NCBI GenBank assembly: GCA_008690995.1
Contig: VRMN01000012.1
Location: forward strand, 124,001 to 188,000
DNA length: 64,000 nt
Source of the DNA: Porphyridium purpureum
Lineage: Eukaryota
Reading direction: 5' to 3'
Under the pieces are notes generated by a model. It did no database searches and was not told where the DNA came from. It saw only the letters and a program-made list of their open reading frames with translations. The position numbers and the translations under genes are program-made. Below, in pieces: positions 58,187 to 64,000 of this stretch; position 1 is the stretch's first letter; each line of letters opens with the position of its first letter.

Positions 58187-58893
58187 CTCCCTGCCTTCCT
58201 CGCCCCGCCGTTATTCATCACTAAATCAGCGTTACTCTACATTAAACCATCACTGTACTCTGCACTGTACTTCACCCTTAACCTTTTTCCGCTGAACACC
58301 CGTGTATGTAATTGTGCATATTTTTATAGACTTTTATGTTTTCTGCACTAAAATGAGCTATTTAATATGAAGAGGTAGGTGACTAGTACAGGAAGGTTCA
58401 CGCTCGGTGGAGTCTAATAAATCAGACGCGTTTGTTATGAAAACACTGTACTTCATGCTTCGGGCTTTTTGGTTGTGATGCGCGTTGCCAGCAAGCACGG
58501 GCGGGAAGGAGGAGAAGGAAGGGGGAAGGTGGGGAAGACGAGGTGGCGTGCTCTTTGTGCTGTGTGTTTGTGGCGGATCGAGACGGCCGTGCGGTAGATC
58601 GGCGCCGCTGTGCATTCTTCTACGGCGATCTGCGCGAGAACGGTCGCGCTGAAGGCTGTGCGTGCGTGGCGCGGGCGCTGGCGGTTGTGCCTGTGCGCTT
58701 GGAGACGTGGGAGACTAGGTGGATGTGGTTGGGGAGGAGGCTGAGGGGAGTTGCGGTGTGAGTGGGTTGGTGCAACGCGGCGTTGGAGGTTGGAGCACCG
58801 CGAAGTAGCTGGTGGGTTCGAAGGTAGGCGCGGGGTGAGGGTCGGGGACGGTGGTGGTCTGAGCTGCGCAATTCGCGCGGTTTGCCGAGAGAG

Positions 58894-61800
58894 ATGGTTG
58901 AGAAAAAGGCGGACGCCGCGGGTGCGGCACCGGGGAAGAAAAAGGAAAGCAAGGATGCGAAGGGTGCGGATAGTAAGAACCAAGCCAAGAAGGGCACGGG
59001 GGATCTGGAGGTCGAGATGTCAGAAGAGGACCGCCTGCTGCAAGAGGAGCTCGCGCTGCTGGCGTCTCGCGCCATGGATACGGATGCTGGCGTCCAGAAG
59101 CTTGCGCTCGAGCGAATCCGGGCGGAAATTCGGTCTGCCACGTCGTCCATGACGTCGGTTCCAAAGCCTCTCAAGTTCATGCGCGACCACTACCACCCGC
59201 TCAAGGCGTTCCACGAATCCATGATGGATGAGCAGAACAAGGTGTTTCTTTCCGACATTTTGTCCGTGCTGGCCATGTCGATGGCGAAGGAGGGCAGTCG
59301 CGAATCTCTGCGGTTCAAGCTGCAAGGATCGGGCGACCCGCCGCAGTCTTGGGGCCACGAGTATGTGCGCTCGCTCTGCGGTGAGATCGGGCAAGAGTAC
59401 GCTGTGCGCGTGCAAGAAATCGCAGACGCGGCCGCTGAAAAGCAGGACGAAGAGCTAGAGAAGATGGATGAACAGGCCGCGATTGACGCGGCCACCACGG
59501 ATCTAACGAAGCTGGTGCGTGAAATCGTGCCGTTCTTGCTGGCCAGTAACGCACAGTCTGAGGCAGTGGACTTGCTCATGGAGGTGGACAATGTACCGCT
59601 GCTGCGTGAGTACGTGACCGAGGCGCATGTCGAGCGCGTCGCAATGTATCTCGTGACGTGTGCGTCCTACTTGCCGGAGCCGGACGACGCCGAGGCGTTC
59701 CATGAGGCCGCGGTGCTGTACAAAATGTGCAATCAGCCCAGGCAAGCCGTGCGTGTGGCTCTTCGCCTTCGAGACAAGCATATGATCAAAGAGATCTTCC
59801 GGTCAGCGGACGCAATCACACGCAAGCAGCTTGCGTTTGACTTGTCCCGGCACAACATGGTGCTGGATGATGACGACGGTGACGACATCGATGACATGGA
59901 TGAATTACTGAAAGACATCATGGGCAACGTAAAGTTGAGCGAGCACTTTCTGACGCTGGCCAAAGACCTGGAAGTGCTGGAGCCCAAACTGCCCGCAGAC
60001 ATCTACAAGAGCCATTTGGTGGACAATGTGCGTGCAGGCGCAGGCGGCACCGGCCTGTCGTCGCAGAGCAATGTAGACTCGGCTCGACAGAACCTAGCAT
60101 CGACGTTTGTGAATGCGTTTGTGAATTGTGGGTTTGGGCAGGACAAACTGTTGAGCGACGAGGAGAACAAGTGGATTTATCGCAACAAGGAACACGGCAT
60201 GATGAGTGCGACCGCGTCACTCGGCATGATCATGCAGTGGGATCTCGATGGCGGGCTCGGGAAAATCGACAAGTACATGTATTCACTTGAAGATCACGTC
60301 AAAGCCGGCGCACTGCTTGCGGTGGGTGTACTGTCTGCAGGCTGTGTTCGCAATGAATGCGACCCGGCGCTCGCGTTGCTGTCCGAGCATATTGATGCCA
60401 GCGTGCCGTTTATGAAGATTGGTGCAATGCTGGGGCTGGGTATTGCGTACGCGGGCACCAACCGTGAGGACATTATGGAGCTACTGGTTCCCGTTGTAGC
60501 AGACGGTACTGTTTCTGGTGAGCTGTGCGCGTTTGCCGCGCTCGCTCTCGGGCTTGTCTTTGTCGGCTCAGCAAATGAGGACTTGGCCGCGACATTGCTG
60601 CAAGTGCTTGCTGAGCGCTCCGAAGCCACCGACTCGAGCGGCTTGCTGAACGACCCCCTGCTTCTCAGCTTTCTGCCAGTTTCTCTTGGCTTTGTCTTCC
60701 TCGGCCGCCAGGAGGCGTGCGAGGCTGTGGTCGAGAGCATCCAGGCCATGGTTCACGGAAGCGTTCTGCAAAAGCTATGTGCCACTGCGCTCGAGGCGTG
60801 TGCGTACGCATGCTCGGGCAACGTGCTCAAGGTCCAAAAGTTTCTCGCGATGTGCGGTGAGCGGCCGCAGGAGCAGGCAGACGACGTCGCGGAGGGCAGC
60901 GGGTCCGTTTCCGTCCCGGCGGGTGCTGAGCTATCGACAAGAGAGTCAGCAGGGGGCGATCTCGACGAGCAGACAATCGCCACTGTCGCACGTTTGGGCG
61001 CCACAAGCATGGAGGATGGCGCAGACATCGACATTGGCAGCTCGTACGCGGCCACCGGTGCAGGTACTGGTGGTGGAGTGGTGGAAGGCTCCGCAGAATC
61101 CAGTTCGGCACGGGCGCCGAGTCGAGGTTCTACGTCTATGGCAGCCGAATCATCGTCGAGTGGCGTGGACGCCAGCGCCTCCACTACGGCAGATCAAGGC
61201 GAAGAAGACATGACCAAGTATGCCGCCGCACTTGCGATGCAAGAATCCATGGCGGTGATGGGTATCGCGATGGTAGCCATGCAGGAGGAGACCGGCTCGG
61301 CAATGGCGCTGCGAATGTGCTCACACCTTTTGCAGTACGGCTCACCAGCTGTGCGGCGCACAATCCCGCTGATGTATGGCTTGCTACTAATCAGCAACCC
61401 GCAGATTACTGCAATGGAGGCGCTCTCAAAACTCACCCACGATGCGGACACAGATGTAGCACAGCTAGCTATCCTGGCACTTGGGCTCATTGGTGCCGGC
61501 ACCAACCACAGCCGCATCGCCGGTATGCTGCGCCAACTGTCAAGCTACTATGCGAAGGACGCAGGCCCGCTCTTTATTACTCGTATCGCTCAAGGTCTGC
61601 TGCATGCCGCCAAGGGACTCGTGACTTTCAACCCTGTACACTCAGGGCGGTTTTTGGTCAATCCTGTTGCACTCGCTGGTCTGCTCACAGTGCTTTGCGC
61701 TTGCTTCAACTTGAAAGGCACTATCCTGGGCAAGCATCACTACATCCTGTACGTGTTGTCTTTGACAATGAAGCCGCGCATGCTTCTATGCGTTGATGAG

Positions 61801-62037
61801 GAGACTTTGGAGCCGCTTGACGTGCCCGTGCGCGTGGGTACTGCCGTCGACACTGTAGGGCTTGTGGGACGACCGAAAACCATCACAGGGTTCCAGACAC
61901 ACGCGTCGCCCGTTGTGCTGGCTGCAGGTGAGCGCGCCGAAATCGGGACGGAAGAATACATCGCAAGTTGTTCGGGCGTTCTCGAAAACGTCGTGCTGCT
62001 CAAGAAAAATCCAGAATACATCGAGCTCGAAAAGTAA
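58894..62037 (+). CDS. RPN1: 26S proteasome regulatory subunit RPN1 (PSMD2)
   Basis: IRSATSSMTSVPKPLKF, WGHEYVR, DSARQNLASTFVNAFVN, GAGTNHSR, GRPKTITGFQTH. Confidence 0.98.
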   Translation: MVEKKADAAGAAPGKKKESKDAKGADSKNQAKKGTGDLEVEMSEEDRLLQEELALLASRAMDTDAGVQKLALERIRAEIRSATSSMTSVPKPLKFMRDHYHPLKAFHESMMDEQNKVFLSDILSVLAMSMAKEGSRESLRFKLQGSGDPPQSWGHEYVRSLCGEIGQEYAVRVQEIADAAAEKQDEELEKMDEQAAIDAATTDLTKLVREIVPFLLASNAQSEAVDLLMEVDNVPLLREYVTEAHVERVAMYLVTCASYLPEPDDAEAFHEAAVLYKMCNQPRQAVRVALRLRDKHMIKEIFRSADAITRKQLAFDLSRHNMVLDDDDGDDIDDMDELLKDIMGNVKLSEHFLTLAKDLEVLEPKLPADIYKSHLVDNVRAGAGGTGLSSQSNVDSARQNLASTFVNAFVNCGFGQDKLLSDEENKWIYRNKEHGMMSATASLGMIMQWDLDGGLGKIDKYMYSLEDHVKAGALLAVGVLSAGCVRNECDPALALLSEHIDASVPFMKIGAMLGLGIAYAGTNREDIMELLVPVVADGTVSGELCAFAALALGLVFVGSANEDLAATLLQVLAERSEATDSSGLLNDPLLLSFLPVSLGFVFLGRQEACEAVVESIQAMVHGSVLQKLCATALEACAYACSGNVLKVQKFLAMCGERPQEQADDVAEGSGSVSVPAGAELSTRESAGGDLDEQTIATVARLGATSMEDGADIDIGSSYAATGAGTGGGVVEGSAESSSARAPSRGSTSMAAESSSSGVDASASTTADQGEEDMTKYAAALAMQESMAVMGIAMVAMQEETGSAMALRMCSHLLQYGSPAVRRTIPLMYGLLLISNPQITAMEALSKLTHDADTDVAQLAILALGLIGAGTNHSRIAGMLRQLSSYYAKDAGPLFITRIAQGLLHAAKGLVTFNPVHSGRFLVNPVALAGLLTVLCACFNLKGTILGKHHYILYVLSLTMKPRMLLCVDEETLEPLDVPVRVGTAVDTVGLVGRPKTITGFQTHASPVVLAAGERAEIGTEEYIASCSGVLENVVLLKKNPEYIELEK

Positions 62038-62199
62038 GGGATAAAAGAATTTTCCACAGAATATGTGGGCGTGGAGCCACGGCACGGTCTGTACATGAAA
62101 CTGTCTGTGTGTGGTCGCAATTGGCAGAAATTCGAGAACTTTGCGGGGTATCTCTGGAACTTGCCAGCTTCATGTTATGCATCGGCGCGCAGTCAGATG

Positions 62200-64000
62200 A
62201 TGGGGTGGCGCTCACCGTCCCTGAATGAGTAGAGGATGCCACCCATGGCGATTGCGAAAGGAGGGTATTCTTGTAGGATGGACCACCTCTACAAGCCGCT
62301 CCAACAAGATTCGCAGATCGAAAGAGTGACAGAGCCCTCACATCAAGTACGCATTCATCCTTCATGAGCGAACTCAGCTCGGACATGGCGATGTAAACGG
62401 GCGCCTCTGATTGAGAGGCGCCTCACCGCTCTCCGCTGACCTCAGTTTTCCCCGCCAGACCTTGTTATGCGTCCCTGACGCTGGCATTGGTGTTGCGAAA
62501 CTAAAATGTCCGCTACGATGCATGTGAGACGCCGAAAACGAATGGCGGGAGTTGCAAGGGAGAATGCCTTGATCAGCGAGGCCATAAATCCAGCACTGGG
62601 CTGCAGAACGCACGATTTCTGCGCAGGGTACTCCTTGTTGTACGTTCGAGCCTCCCGTGTAGTCGCGCCCTCGATCTTCTGCCGCTTTCTGCCTAAATTT
62701 ATTTCATCCCGAACGACATGATACTGTCCGATGCTATGGTGCATCTCTATTTGCAGACCGCGCCCTCCGTGCAGTGGCTCTCCCTATTTCTTGCTGCCGA
62801 AGCGATTCTTGTCCTGTTTGGTGTTGCTTCGGTCGACAAGCTGCGCTTGCTGGATCAGTTTGTGTGAGATCCTCTCCTGGGGCATATGGCGGCCTCAATG
62901 CTCCAGTGAAGATCCGGAAGGACGATGGAGATGCGAATGTTGGTGCTCGTGCCATGCAGTGTGATTCTTGCTTTGCTACTCATGCGCACACGCACGACGC
63001 TCTAGGCTTGCTTCCGACTTGACGTGGCCCTGTCATTTTGGCAAGAAAGCGTGCATGTGGAGATTCTCCTCTGGAAACAATCCGAGTATGTATGGCCCTG
63101 TTAGGGCATTCTGATAGTGTTGCTGAGACGACAGACATCGGAATCTGACTTTGACACTTGCACTCAGAACAGTTTCGCACGGCGGTCATGGCTGCGCATG
63201 CGCTGGTTGGTAAGAAGTTCTCATGACGGCGCGGAGAAGGTTTCATTGCGGAACAGGTCTCCTGCTTTCGGGGCGTGTCTGAGCGATAATCTCGAGCCAC
63301 ATCTGAGTGTCTCGCCGGACATCACGCGAACTAAATCGGGTAGTACACACGCCACCCAAGCGGTACCGCGCCAACGGCACCGAAAGGCCGGATGGAAGAG
63401 TGCAAAACTCTCGAAGATCGCTGAGCGCCACTGTCATACAAGCGCAGTTCTAGGCTGCAGAGAAGCAGGTCGCGGTCTTGTCCATCCAGAAAACCAAAAC
63501 GATAAAGAGTGCTGCAGTGGGTCCACGCTGTCAAATTTGGACTCTCACAGCAATCCCTCCATGATGCATCAAGAGACATGGGATTCTCCAGCTCATGTAT
63601 CAGGCCAGTTGCTGTAGGTGTCACAACGACTTCAGCTTCTGTGTACGCTGCGATCTTTCATTCCTGTAGACACCGCGCGCCACATGTTATCCGAAATCTA
63701 ATCCCATCAAGGAAGCGATTTTTTAAGTTTTCTTTCGCCGTTCCCGACAATTGTGATCGCTACACTGTGCAGAGGCCAATGGTCGTCAATTTGTTCCCTC
63801 ATACATTCGGCCTCTAGTGCTCAGCTTTGATGATACAATCTCGTCATAACTCTCACAGCTGTGTCCATCAGAATTTGGGAACGCTATGTAGTCCTCCTGA
63901 CCATGAGCTTCTGACTCCATCAGAAATTTCTACTTTGGCACTGAAATACTCAGAGAACTAACTTTTGTCCTTCTGCGAGCCCTTTCATGTGGCCGTGCGC
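62200..64000 (-). mobile_element. Heavily decayed retrotransposon (Copia RT-like) remnant
   Basis: Short broken frames including WIYGLADQG and IVADIL, reminiscent of Copia RT LYGL and YVDD motifs. Confidence 0.4.

Overview
Eukaryotic, GC-rich, essentially intron-less DNA. The gene style (compact single-exon ORFs, MAFV/MASFV-type N-terminal extensions) suggests a unicellular red alga such as Porphyridium; this is an inference. 1-14.2 kb: tandem array of five paralogous genes for an uncharacterised secreted protein (signal peptide, predicted beta-propeller-like domain, variable (SP)n/(TP)n/PTESP stalk, two Cys motifs flanking an Arg/Gly/His/Ser-Asp spacer). Copy 5 is interrupted by a 418-bp solo LTR whose boundaries could be spliced GT-AG back in frame. 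14.7-25 kb: LEA-like protein, bacterial-type SthA-like flavoprotein, NF-YB, DJ-1/Hsp31, SET-domain and ankyrin genes. 25.4-43 kb: nested transposon island with two intact DD34E Tc1 elements, one decayed Tc1 and three decayed Copia elements. 45-62 kb: amino-acid transporter, FAD oxidoreductase, RNase D-like exonuclease, VOC protein, CRAL-TRIO/BCH protein (with a second copy of the solo LTR upstream), site-2 protease and RPN1, followed by a probable Copia remnant. No rRNA, tRNA or CRISPR array was recognised.
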